DNA of 58,449 nucleotides from Nemertoderma westbladi (taxonomy: Eukaryota > Animalia > Xenacoelomorpha), in assembly GCA_032718475.1 (NCBI GenBank), contig JAUCBJ010007639.1:1-58449 (forward strand). The letters are read 5' to 3'. Below, piece by piece: positions 11,943 through 25,007 of this stretch; positions within the stretch are counted from its first letter, which is position 1; every line of letters begins with the position of its first letter. A program made the position numbers and the translations under genes. The notes under the pieces were generated by a model, which saw only the letters and a list, made by a program, of their open reading frames with translations, did no database searches and was not told the DNA's origin.

Positions 11943-14900
11943 ATGTATTTCATTTACTCACAACTTTTAATATATTTCTTACTAAATCTATCATATCTGA
12001 ATGCTTTGGATGAAACAAATATACCCCCAAAAGTACCAACATTGGGAATAGCAATCCCACCCGACATATACCTGGGTGAGATAATTGAAACAAATATTTT
12101 TTCCACTTCCTGGAGTACCTCACATATCAAGAATCCTCACGGTGTTGCTTGTGATGACGCAACAAATTCTGTGTATGTCGGGGACTATAGTAATGGTTTA
12201 ATATACAAATTTGTCTTACACGTTAAAGGTGAACCAGAAATAATTATTGATGCGGGTTCAGATAGTCGAATCGAATCATTGGCCGTTTCAAATGGAAAAT
12301 TATATTGGGTGGAGAGGGGAACAGTGGAGACAGGAACTGTAAACAAGGCGAACCTAGATGGAAGTCAGCATGAGATATTATACTCCGGACAAAGTAACCA
12401 GCGACTGAGAGGTTTATCTATAGACGCAAAGAGAGGGCATGTGTATTGGACAGATTGGGGCAGTGAACCTAAGGTGCAAAGATGCTTACTCGATGGAAAT
12501 CAATTGGAAACAGTAGTTGATCAAGGTCTTATCCGTCCAAACGGTGTTGTTGTTGATGAAGAAACACAAAATATATACATAACAGATGGGCGCATTAAGA
12601 AAATTCTCAAGTACTCTGGGGATGGTAAAGATTTTTCTATTTTTCTTGATGAAGATACAACAAATGCAGAAAGGACATATGGATTATTTGGAATTACCAT
12701 TATCGGTGATTACATCTACTGGACTAATTCAATTTTTTATCCATCTGGATGGTCTGGTTTCTATGAAAGTGAAATTTATGTGGCCAAGAAATCCGCAGCC
12801 ACTCCACTTATTTCCGGCTCATCTGATATAAAATCCTTTGGGTTACAATGGAATGAACAAACTTATCAGCTATCAGGATGGTTAGCTACTGGTGAGTTAA
12901 ATAGCTTGCTGCTAATTAAAGGGAGCGATATTTATATTAAATATATGTGTAAATACATTTAGTATTAATTTATATAATATTATATATACATATAACTACA
13001 TAGAGGGGGACAATAGACCACTTAGAAGACCACTTGGCTTTGATTAAAGACCTGCTAAACGATAAGTCCCTCCCCTCACTATTTGGCTCAGAAATTCCAT
13101 TGCATCCTTGTTAGTATGAGGAATCTCTTAGCTTTACTGCTGAAAGAAGGAGGTTTGGCTAATGCTTCCATGGTAATAGAAGCCCAATGACAACTAGCAG
13201 ACTCCAAATTAGCAACACAACGAACGACTACTGGTCATAGATAGATTTATTTATACATTATGTAAAAACAATAACAAATACACCAAACAATGTACCGGTA
13301 TAAAGGTATTGTCCAACATAACATATAGGATTACCCCTAAAGCTTTGCAGCTTATTTCCAAGGGGGTCCTTTATGTTACTTGGTTCCAAATACAATATTA
13401 CACTACGCTAACCTAAAACCAATATAAACGTAATTACACTATGTACATGTACAACTTTACCGAGAGCGTGACAATGTCCAACTCAACGATAAAGATGTAA
13501 TGTACAGAACAATTTATTATAAAACGTAATTACAGTATAAATAGTAAATAATTAATAAACTAATAACTTACTGTAGGACTATTGTACCTATTTTTACATT
13601 GCACACGGAGGTGAGATTTAACTGCAGATTTAAAAGAATGTTGATTATTTAGGTTTTTAATTTCATTAGGCAGAGCGTTCCAATTTTTAATGCCGTTAAA
13701 AAAGGAAGTATCAGATTCAAAGGATTTACAATTCGGGAGGTAAAAGTTTGAAGCACTAGCTCTGGTACTGTAAGAGTGTGTATCGCGCACTCTGTTGAAT
13801 TTTTGTTACCATTATACACTTGTTTACCATTATACACTTTATGCACATGGTTAAGGCGTAGCTGCTTAGCTCTACTATCTAAGTTAATTAGTCCAGATTC
13901 AGAAAAGTCATCTGGAGTTAGGTGGTGCCTAGGTTTGTAGTCTTTAATAAATCGTACTACTTTATTCTGAGCTACTTGTAATTTACATTTAAGCTGTTTG
14001 GTTAAGCCTTCATACCAAGAAGAGCATGCATACTGTAGTCCATGTGACATTGTATTAAAGAAGGGCAAAGTAACTTGCGGGAGTCGGTGTTTAAACTATT
14101 TTTATTTCTGTATAGAAACATAAGCCTACTGTTAACTTTCGAGAAAATATTTTTCACTGTACTTTCTCCTGATAAGCAGTTATCCAATGTGGCGCCTAAA
14201 TATTTAACTTCCTTTTTATTTTCAATCTTATGTCCATTACTAGTGATTTCAAACTTAGTTACCTTCTTTAACTTTCTTTTGGAACCAAAAAAATTATTTC
14301 AGTCTTACCGTAGTGAATGGATAGCTTATTATCAACCAACCACTCATTACAAGATTCTAGAACTGCACTTAACTTTTGGCAAATATGGATAGGATCTTTA
14401 TGAGAGAAAATAAGAGCACTGTCATCGGCGTTAAATAATAATGATAATGATAATAATGAAATAAAATGAGTTTAAAAGCAATCAGGTCAAGATTATATTG
14501 GATTAATAAATGATTATAACTGGACCAGACGACAACTGTAAATCCACACATGATCTAAGGAAGAAACTTAAAGAGAATCATAGCAGCCAGATTAAAGTTC
14601 GATATATAAGTTGTTGATGCACAACTTCTGCCTCACCTCAAACCCTTTGTTGGCCAAGTTAGGGATAAGGGAGTGAGCTCCTCGCTTAAAGCATTACCCC
14701 TGAGGATTCGATTCGATTCGATCCTGAGCAAGGATTCGATTCGAAATAAGGAACTGATTTCGAGATGCTCTATAACTCAGGTACAATGTTCCTCTTGAAG
14801 GACAACCAAACTTTTCCGTTTGTAGTGAACCTTCTCAGCTACACATGCCTTTCATGTAAGAACGGATAATTTATAGCAAAAGAGCATGACAATGCATGTG

Positions 14901-17900
14901 ACCTATTCACTACAATACTGAAAGAGGTATGTGTAAATCTACAGGCCGAACCTCAGCTACTGCCGCTGGGGAATGAGAAACGTCATCTAAGAAGTGGGAA
15001 CACAAGTGCAGAGGCGCGCCTGGATATCAGGGAGGTGACTTCTGGCAAACAGGACAAATTTCTTATTATAATATACGAATTACACATATTAATACTATAT
15101 TATAACAAAGACGGATCCACCAAGGTAATATTCCATGAGCACGAATAAAACAATAAAAATGAATACCTACAACATGTGCTTGAAGTAGAACATACCTCAT
15201 TTACACCACTAGTTCTTGGGGAACTAATGGTGTTATGGGGGTAGAATGCAGCCACTTATTAGAATGAGGAGGACACGGGTTCCATGGAACCGGCGACATG
15301 AAGTGGAAAACATTGGAATGGATTTTGAGCTGAATGCTCATAATGCTAACATCATATACTACTACTACTACTACTACTAGGTCGAGCAAACTCAGACAGT
15401 GGAAATGAGATCTTTCCAGGCTTCCAGATTCTCCGTAGTTGTCTCAATTTCATTTCTCTCTAGTTCAGTATCCCGTTAAAGCTGGTATATATAATATATA
15501 TGTTATAGCCAGTCTTCCATGGGTACGCTTTCTATGTGTTGGTTGCCTGAACAGTAGATCTGGTATGACCTCGTCTTTACTTCTCCAGCAGTGCCACTGA
15601 ATCATTATTTACATTCACTGAGGGTGGTTGATACAGGTGGTATAGTACCATAGAGCTCAGCATTTGTCATGTGTTGTCTCCAGCTGATGTTTAGGGCTAC
15701 CCTTAGTAGTCTTGTGTAGCAACCATCAATTCGTTGTTCAAGTAATTTCGTCAGTGTCCAGGTCTCACCCCCGCATAAATGTACACTTTCCTCGTGGCTC
15801 GAAAGAACTTAGTCTTCGGGTGCCTGGAGAGGTCTGATTTCCAGATAGTACCATTTTTGATAGAACTACCCATGCCTTTGCTTTCCTAACTTCTGTATTT
15901 TTTGCTACTCTCTATCCATGACCCAAGGTACTGAGAGTCGTCAACCTTCCTTATTGATTATTATTGATTGTTGTCAACTTTCTATCAACATTAAAAGTCA
16001 TGAATTCGGTCTTGGTAGCATTTATATGCAATCCAACCTCCTTAGCAGCCCTCTCCACTTTATTCATTAGGAGCTGTGCATCTGCTAGGGTATTAGAGAG
16101 CAGGGTGATGACATCCGCAAAGTCAGTGTCTGTGACTGCAGTTGCCGGATATCTACTACTTCTGCTTTCTTGGAGTGTGAATCCCAGATCTTCACCCTTT
16201 GTGGCCATCGTCGTTGTGTAATGCGGTAGAATTACAAATAGTAAAGGTGCCAATGTTTCACCTTGCAGTACCCCAGCCAGTATTGAGAAGAACTCAGTTT
16301 ACCATCTGGTGAGAGTACCTGAGCTTCTATGTCACAATATAATAATCCAATGCCAACCACAATTACCTCTGGTATTCCATAAGCTCTTAGAATTTCCAGC
16401 ATTTTATCTTCATGGGTTGAGTCGAATGCTTTCTTCAAGTCCACAACAGTCAGGACAGCAGGGAGATTCTTTTAATGCTTCTTTGGAGTTCGGCGTGTGT
16501 GAAGTCGCCTGTTTCTATAGGTAGCGTATTGTCATATATGTTCCTTGTAGGGCTGACCTCGATGTTTGGTGGCTGCCCAAGCAAGTTTCTGAAACGATCT
16601 TTCCATTTCCCAACACGTTCTTCAGGAGACTTCAGCACAACTTTTCCGACCAGATACCTGCTGATGTTGTAGGCCAATTTAAGATCTTCCTTGGCTTTCT
16701 CAACCTTGTTGATGTTTTCGGTTGATCGTTGTTAGATTTTTACTTTGTAGTCTATCTTAAGATCTTCTCTCTTAACATCATATAATTAAAATTAAAGATG
16801 CCATCAAGACACCGTTATACCAGGGCCACAATTTTTGGTCTGTTTTATAGGTTGAGGTATGTCTGTGTATATTCGTTCTTTTGGTTCCAACATTATATTC
16901 TTATGTTCTTAGAACTTAGTGCGAATGTATAAATTCTTAAAGTAATTAATTATTGGTTTTACTTCACTCTGCTGTATTTCTGATATATTCAGTAGGACCA
17001 AATGTCTATACATTAAATTTTAAAATAAATTCTATAAATTTTATATCTATACCCTATATGCTGTATATTTGTTATTATTTGTCAGTAAAACATTTAGAAA
17101 TATATCCATGCGATTTGTATTATATCAATTAATTACTTCAATTAATTAAATATCACAAATTATATTCTCAAAAAAAAATACTACAGAGAAAAAAAAGAAA
17201 AAACTGGATTTTCTATAGTTCTGAGAATAGTATCAGTGATGTTTTTGAGGAAACAGCAGATTGGTAAAGATCAGCACAACTTTTATCTCACCCATATTGT
17301 AATTTATTAACATTATGATAATATATAATAATTTATATAATATATAATAATTTATATAATATATAATAATTTATATAATATATAATAATTTATATAATAT
17401 ATAATAATTTATATAATATATAATAATTTATATAATATATAATAATTTATATAATATATAATAATAATATAATTATATAATATAATATATTATATTATAA
17501 TATATAATAATATAATATATAAAATATAATGTAATGTAATAATTATTATATAATAATAAGAAATGATCATTGTAATATTCAAATTTTATTTTATTAATAA
17601 AGATTAAATAAATATGATCGAGAAGAAAAAAAAAAGAAAGGAATTTTATACTATTATAAATGTTTCTTTTAGAATATATTCCACCAACCAGTACTACACC
17701 AACAGCTCTAACAACAACTACAGGGCCTACTAGTACAGCTAAGGGCACAACTACAACTAATATTGTGGAGGTGGCCTCTACAACTGAATTTACAACACCA
17801 CCAATCTCAACAACCATAGAGGTTACCACACCAACAAGTACAATGACGCCAACACCACCCTTTGAGGATACCAGTGAGATCCCAACATTAGCTATGACCA

Positions 17901-20900
17901 TTCCGCCAATTACGATTCAAGGCATTATATTTGAAACCACTGATTTTATCACTAGATGGCAATCATCAATCATTGAAGATCCTCATGGGGTAGCGTTTGA
18001 TGCAATATCGAAAAATCTGTACATTGGGGCAAATGATGAAATATTGAAGTTTTCTTTAGAATGCCCAAACAGAGAACCTGAAATTGTTATCAAATCACAA
18101 TTAGATAGTCAAATCGAATCATTGGCCGTTTCAAATGGAAAACTATATTGGGTGGAGAGGAGAACAGTGGAGAGAGGGGCGGGGAGGGAGACAGGAACTG
18201 TAAACAAGGCGAACCTAGATGGAAGTCAGCATGAGATATTATACTCCGGACAAAGTAACCAGCGACTGAGAGGTTTATCTATAGACGCAAAGAGAGGGCA
18301 TGTGTATTGGACAGATTGGGGCAGTGAACCTAAGGTGCAAAGATGCTTACTCGATGGAAATCAATTGGAAACAGTAGTTGATCAAGGTCTTATACGTCCA
18401 AATGGTGTTGTTGTTGATGAAGAAACACAAAATATATACATAACAGATGGGCGCATTAAGAAAATTCTCAAGTACTCTGGGGACGGTAAAGATTCTTCTA
18501 TTTTTCTAGAAAATGACGAAACAATCGAAGAAAAAACATTTGGATTGTTCGGAATAACTATAGTAGGTGATTATGTGTACTGGACTAATTCATTGTATTA
18601 TCCAAATGGTTTATTCGGTGAATATAAAACACGTCTTTACAGGGCCTACAAATATACAGGTGAATGGAATACTGAACTCGGTCAGGGGTTTGAAGGAAAC
18701 TCACTACAACTTACAGGATGGATTACTTTAGGTAAGATACCTGACTACTACTAATAATAATAATTGTGTAATTTGTATGTTCAACGCTTGTATGTTGTAT
18801 TAAATATCTTTACAGGATAATAACATGAGATGTTAATGAAATAACAAATTGAGTCCAGTAAAAAGTAAGGATAAATTGGTTTTTTTAGTTTTAATTTTAT
18901 TCACGGTACAATAGCCTCATATAATGCAGTATTCATTGAATTATTTTGCAGATGTTAAACCAACCGCTGGCGCTGCAGAAACGACAGAAGGTCTACCCCT
19001 AACTACTGTCAATCCATGCGCACCAACCATCAGTTCTACACAGAGTCAGACAACTAAAGGCCTACTAACTACTAAAGATCAACCATCCACCACCACACAT
19101 CTACAGTCAACAACTACAAAAGATCAACAAACAACAACTAAAGATCAACAAACAACAACTAAAGATCAACCAACAACAACTAAAGATCAACAAACAACAA
19201 CTAAAGATCAACAAACAACAACTAAAGTTCAACCAACAACAACTAAAGATCAACAAACAACAACTAAAGATCAACCAACAACAACTAAAGATCAACAAAC
19301 AACAACTAAAGATCAACCAACAACAACTAAAGATCAACAAACAACAACTAAAGATCAACCAACAACAACTAAAGATCAACAAACAACAACTAAAGATCAA
19401 CAAACAACAACTAAAGTTCAACCAACAACAACTAAAGATCAACAAACAACAACTAAAGATCAACCAACAACAACTAAAGATCAACAAACAACAACTAAAG
19501 ATCAACAAACAACAACTAAAGTTCAACCAACAACAACTAAAGATCAACAAACAACAACTAAAGATCAACCAACAACAACTAAAGATCAACAAACAACAAC
19601 TAAAGATCAACAAACAACAACTAAAGATCAACCAACAACAACTAAAGATCAACAAACAACAACTAAAGATCAACAAACAACAACTAAAGTTCAACCAACA
19701 ACAACTAAAGCTCAACAAACAACAACTAAAGATCAACCAACAACAACTAAAGATCGACCAACAACAACTAAAGATCAACAAACAACAACTAAAGATCAAC
19801 AAACAACAACTAAAGTTCAACAAACAACAACTAAAGATCAACAAACAACAACTAAAGATCAACCAACAACAACTAAAGATCGACCAACAACAACTAAAGA
19901 TCAACAAACAACAACTAAAGATCAACAAACAACAACTAAAGTTCAACCAACAACAACTAAAGATCAACAAACAACAACTAAAGATCAACAAACAACAACT
20001 AAAGATCAACAAACAACAACTAAAGATCAACCAACAACAACTAAAGATCGACCAACAACAACTAAAGATCAACAAACAACAACTAAAGATCAACAAACAA
20101 CAACTAAAGTTCAACCAACAACAACTAAAGATCAACAAACAACAACTAAAGATCAACAAACAACAACTAAAGATCAACCAACAACAACTAAAGATCAACA
20201 AACAACAACTAAAGATCAACCAACAACAACTAAAGATCAACAAACAACAACTAAAGATCAACCAACAACAACTAAAGATCGACCATTCACCACCAAAGAT
20301 AAACAATCTACTACCACAGATCAACAATCAACAACTACCAAAGTTCAACAAACATCTACTAAAAATCAACAAACAACTACCAAAGAGCGACAAACAACTA
20401 CCAAAGAGCGACAAACAACAACCAAAGAGCGACAAACAACTACCAAAGAGCGACAAACAACAACCAAAGATCAACAATTAACAACTACCAATGATCTACA
20501 AACAAATACAACATACTTTCCATCAAATCTTTTTATATGCAATAAATGTATAGACGACAAGACAGGATATGGCAATTGCCTACTGAACAATTTTGACAAT
20601 AATGACAAAACCAATGAATATATAAGCGGTTGCAACTTCTGTGTGGTAGAAGTTGATGCAAAATATCACAGTATACCCATTGATGTAGGGTAAGTAGTCT
20701 AAAAAAATGTAGTAATTACTCATACTTACTGAATATTTAATAAAATATAGATTATGATCTGGATATAAGCTCATCAGCCTGGTTCCCCACTATTGGCTAC
20801 AACCCCGAACCAACCAGTAGTTAACTCATGGTCGAACTGGAATGCATGCCGAGGCCCAAGGGTCATCCATCAAGGTCTACCTGTCAACCATTGGCAGTTG

Positions 20901-21821
20901 GTTGATCTGATTTTCCAACCTTAGTTCGGATGACTATAGATATACAGGATCCCTGTGATCTAGGCTAACCAGGGCGAGGCTTCATTCGACATTGTAGTTA
21001 AACACTGAAGCCGCCTCTTAAACCAAGGCCAACTGGTCCTCCAATACCATTGAGAACACCATGCGTTGTCGGCTAAACAAGCTGCTCTGCAGCCACTCCG
21101 GTCAGCGCCAACGATTGTGTCTGGTCCACCAAGTAACAGATCCAAGTAACTAATCCTCCATTTGCCCAGGCCCTAGTAGCTAGGAGATGTGTGGCAGAGG
21201 CCTGGAGTGCATGTAGGCCGGTGTTTGCCATCGGCTGCAGTTCGCTCTACTCTGGGACAATTCCCTGTGTCACCATGGCAACCATCATTAGTGGCGTGGT
21301 CTGGTGTTTGTGTTTGTTCGTTTGTTCGTGTTTGTTGACGGAGCACGTCTGAGTGGTATGGGATATGCGATCATTATAAATATATATACGTATATATGTT
21401 AATTTGTTAATATAATAGTAATAATAATTAATAATAATAAATAACATTATACATAGGTACGTAGGGTAGAACACTACTTACATATTTTTTCTTCGAATAA
21501 CGTGTTTCACCTTGCAGTGGAGGCCAAATACATGTGAATAGAGGATGTAGCGAGAGTTGCCCCATTCCCGAGGACGTAAGAGACCACCCTCAGCAGGACC
21601 AGTCGATGATGGTTTACTGTCGAGCTGACAACGTCTCCAACGTTCATTGTGATTACTGTTGCCTTGGTAACAGATGTTCAGACGCTGTTGATGTTTTAAA
21701 GGATTTAAATGAATTCACAACTGCTGGATCACAAGGTTCCATGAACACCAGATTTATTACGATGTTGATATTGATGGCCATTACAAATGTCTTTCATATT
21801 GTATCTGTTAATATTATATAA
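11943..21821 (+). CDS. Secreted/GPI-anchored mosaic protein: signal peptide - YWTD propeller - Thr/Pro linker - YWTD propeller - mucin stalk - Ly6/uPAR-like domain - hydrophobic tail. Exons 11943-12891, 17673-18731, 18952-20689, 21518-21821
   Basis: Three GT-AG introns (phases 1,1,2) join four ORFs in frame. LDLR class B motifs LYWVE, VYWTDWG, IYITD and IYWTN occur in both propellers. The C-terminal CxxC...RGC...CCxxxxC domain has 12 Cys and is followed by a small-residue spacer and a hydrophobic C-terminus. Confidence 0.85.
13003..15265 (+). mobile_element. Degenerate CRE-like (restriction-like endonuclease) non-LTR element, split by a later LINE insertion
   Basis: 13100-13200 reads RNLLALLLKEGGLAN. 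14750-15260 reads FRDAL*LRY...LSCKNG...EV...EPQLLPLGNE...EARLDI...EY..HVLEVEHTSFTPLVLGTNGVMG. Confidence 0.7.
13240..14430 (-). mobile_element. 5'-truncated L2/CR1-group LINE (RT C-terminus + 3' UTR)
   Basis: Reads VKYLG.TLD..LS, YACSSWY, LQVAQNK.VRFI, F..GIKNWNALP..IK.....FK. A 3' UTR hairpin sits near 13330-13370, with an AATAAA-like tail at ~13245. Confidence 0.85.
15460..16760 (-). mobile_element. Decayed RTE-like LINE (RT region)
   Basis: Reads DLKKAFDS...ILRAYGIP, GVLQG.TLAP.LF, GFTL..SRSSRYPA...DTDFAD, GLHIN.TKTE, YLGSWI, IDGCYTRLLR. Many frameshifts. Confidence 0.9.
17318..17520. repeat. AT-only minisatellite (~19-bp unit) grading into low complexity
   Basis: About 7 copies of atatataataatttatata. 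Confidence 0.9.
19110..20480 (+). repeat. Coding 21-bp minisatellite (TTTKDQQ / TTTKDQP / TTTKVQP, ~55 near-perfect copies plus a degenerate tail)
   Basis: acaacaactaaagatcaac(a/c)a is repeated in frame within exon 3. Confidence 0.97.
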
Positions 21822-22228
21822 CTTTTACTAATTATTTGTAAATTTTTACTCCTGTCGCCTCTTAAAAATACAGTTCAATCTTTGAACAATATGTTGGTTG
21901 ACTTTAGACTTATTATTACATTAAGTACTATACTAACTATAGGTTTTATACATATCTTTCTAGGAAAATTTACATTATTTTTGTAATTTAACTTTCATTT
22001 GTTGCCAATTATCACTCCAAGTAGTCGACCTTAATAATTATTTAATCATTAATTATAAGGCAGAATTTTTTTAATGTTTACTTTATCGGTAATTATTAAT
22101 ACTTATGTTGTGCTAATGTTGTTTATCATTTCATTACTTAGTTATACGTCCTATACTTTTTTCATTGCGTATTATTAAGAACTTTAATCAAGAATTGTGC
22201 TTTAATTTATAGTCTGGAAGTTAAGTTA

Positions 22229-23350
22229 TACAGGGTGTCCCACAAAATTTGATACGATTTAACTTTTCAATGACTCGCTCCAATGTGAATGAATTTCTCT
22301 CCCCAACATTCTTTTTAACTTAGATGTTGGTATAAATGTCGATTAATTTGATTACCATGGTCTCTTAATACGTGTGTTTCTGTTCAACCGCAGTTTTTCC
22401 TATTTTGTTAGTAATCTTATAGGTTCGACTTTGAGAACTTGAAATAGCAGATAAAGTTGCTGTAGAGATTTAAGGGGGGGGGGGGGTGGGGGGGGGGGGG
22501 TTACACCATTTTCGGACAACTCTTCGATTTATCACTCTCATCGTTTCAAAATTGTTTGGTTTTGGCTAAAATTTGGCATATAGGTGCCTAAAATGCTATT
22601 CTACGACAGGTCAGAAAAAAAAAATTTTTCGCTATTTAATATTAGTTAATACTAGTTAATTATAAAAAAAACTTGGTTGCGCTTAAAACCCTAAGGCTTT
22701 TACAGTTTTGTACCTAATCACATGAAAGTTTTTTTATATGATAGATCAAAGATGGGGCAACATAACTATCAGGCGATATTTTGTTAAAATAATTCTGCAC
22801 CGCTAGGTGGCGCTTCAAATTTACGCCTAATTTTTAGGTTTTTTATAAATAGTATTAAATTTTATTAACAAAAAAATTCGAAAAGTTGTCTGATACTTTT
22901 ATGCAGGATGGCTATCTAGACACCCACAGGAAGTTTCAGACTAATTACTCAAAAATTGTAGAAGTAGTAGGGTTTTGAAGTTGACAATTTGTTGAGTTGA
23001 CAATTACGACGTGTTTACTAGTAATTAGGCCCTACATTGTTTTAAAGCTATTTACTCATGACCAACAATAATTTTTATTTTCCGAACTTATTAAAGACTC
23101 TAGCTCTTGTTTATTGAACAGGTGCGCAATTCCCCACCTCATGGTGGAAATTTCGTGTTTAATTAAGAAGTTTGAAAGTGAGAAAATGTTATTACGAAGT
23201 CGGCTTCTTCACGCCGACGTATATGTAATATCAAGTTTGTTCAGAATTATCCTCGCTCAAATATACCCAGAATCGGGAAAAAAAGAAGTACTTTTTACCC
23301 CAGGGAAAAAAGTAACTCATAGGATTGCACTGATTTTACTTTTTCTCTTA
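22229..23350. mobile_element. Non-autonomous DNA-transposon remnants (Tc1/mariner-like end TA-CAGGGTGT)
   Basis: tatacagggtgtccc at 22227, followed by non-coding A/T-tract sequence typical of MITEs. The partner TIR was not found and boundaries are approximate. Confidence 0.35.
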
Positions 23351-23819
23351 AACTTTATTACATGTGTTGAAAGAGAATCGACGTAGAAAAGGTTTGTAAG
23401 TAATTTGAGCAAAATCCATTCACACCCTCAACAGTTATTGCAACTTCAGTGTCTGCAAGGCGAACTCCAAAACAAACGGAACTCAATATCTCATATTGGT
23501 TTATGTAGTTAAATGTAGTTACGTAATAAATATTCGAGAACACAAAATTATTTAAAATTCAGTGGCAGCAACAGGAGTTGAAGAGTACAGTAATTGGAAT
23601 CGCAGTAACTATGGACGCAATATAGTAAAACTGCAGTAAACACTACAGTTGTATCGTTCTATCTTTTATTAAAGAATTAAGCAACAAAAAGTACCATTTT
23701 TAAGAATACCATTACTTATTACATGGAAAAAAAATGTAGAACATTCTATATCGCTGAAACGTTGTCAAAATATGAAACCCATTAAAAACCTAACCGCCTT
23801 CTAAGATGGAAAACTGCGG

Positions 23820-24530
23820 TAATAACTATTTACATACTTGTGTGTCAAGTAGCACTTTACAGTGAGATGATCCGAGTGGCTTTGTTACACGAACGAACGT
23901 TAGTGAGTGAGTGAAAATAAAGCCACGAGGATCAGAACACTAATAACTATTTTACATACTTGTGTGTAAAGTAGCACTTTACAGTGAGATGATCCGAGTG
24001 GCTTTGTTACACGAACGAAAGTTAGTGAGTGAGTGAAAATAAAGCCACGAGGATCAGAACACTGTAAAGTACTTTGCAACAATTATATGTAGTGTTATTC
24101 CAAAATTGTAAAATTACGAAATAATAGTATATATATTATAAGTGATAGAAACTGCACAAATTAAATTAGTTGATGTAAAAATAAATGTAAAAATGACATA
24201 AATTATGTTATAAAAAAGTCAGCTTATATTTATGGTGGCGTTTGGAGACATGTTAATAGTTTATAGCTACTGGTTATTAATAGCTACCGGTAGGTAATGC
24301 AGTAGGCCTATCCGGCGGTCAGGCAATTAATAATAAAGTCCACGCCGTCAGGACATTACATAATAATATTACACCAAAACAATACTTACATAATAATAAT
24401 ACACCAAAACAATACTATATGTACAGGCCAATACAATACTGGAATGTCCTTAAAGTTATGATGTGCTAAATATAACAACTAGCTGTTAATACTTTACGGC
24501 ATTGAGTAATGTTACAATTTTGGAATAAAA
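23820..24530 (-). repeat. Dispersed repeat copy 2 (inverted relative to 9079-9670), with a tandem duplication of its terminal ~122 bp
   Basis: 23820-23941 is nearly identical to 23942-24063. The remainder is the reverse complement of copy 1. Confidence 0.9.
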
Positions 24531-24970
24531 TAGAAATGCGAGTACTGAGTTTCCATGGCAACGAAATTCCTCGGCATTAAACCAACAGCTAAGTTTCAAT
24601 ACTGGCTTTCAGTAGATTCAAATATATCCCATTTTCGTTCATATCATGGCTAGTTAATATTTTGTGGGACAACCTGTATTATAATAAAACTGCGTAGGCA
24701 AATGTAATTGGAACTACAATAAATACCTATATTATTAAGGTGGGGACACCATTTTTCATTTTTCAGACAACTGTCCTGCTGTGCGTCATAAAATGCGGCA
24801 GTGGTGATGCAGAAATATAATATAATAGCTATTGTTTGTAAAAGAGGGTGTGCTGTGCACTGGCTGTAAAACATTGTTCATTTACGAACGTTTTCGTCCA
24901 ATCTTTTAACAGGTGTTATATGTGCACCTATAAATCTCCTCGTGTTTTTATAGTTTTTACCGTTAATATA

Positions 24971-25007
24971 CCTGAGGAAGGCCGCTCCACTAGGCCAAAA
25001 ACATAGG
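24971..25007 (+). ncRNA. Degenerate hammerhead-like motif
   Basis: cCTGAGGAa-ggcc-gctccacta-ggcc-aaaaac-ata-gg. The conserved GAAA is replaced by an A-run, so it is probably inactive. Confidence 0.35.

Noticed and set aside
17473-17901. Val-rich membrane-like ORF
   Set aside because: Antisense of the Thr-rich linker plus AT low-complexity intron sequence.
19107-20327. 406-aa Cys-rich ORF (CCLLIFS)n
   Set aside because: Antisense shadow of the coding 21-bp repeat.
24549-24562. Perfect RFX X-box GTTTCCATGGCAAC (also 21269-21282)
   Set aside because: No associated gene start; both are adjacent to or inside repeat-derived DNA.
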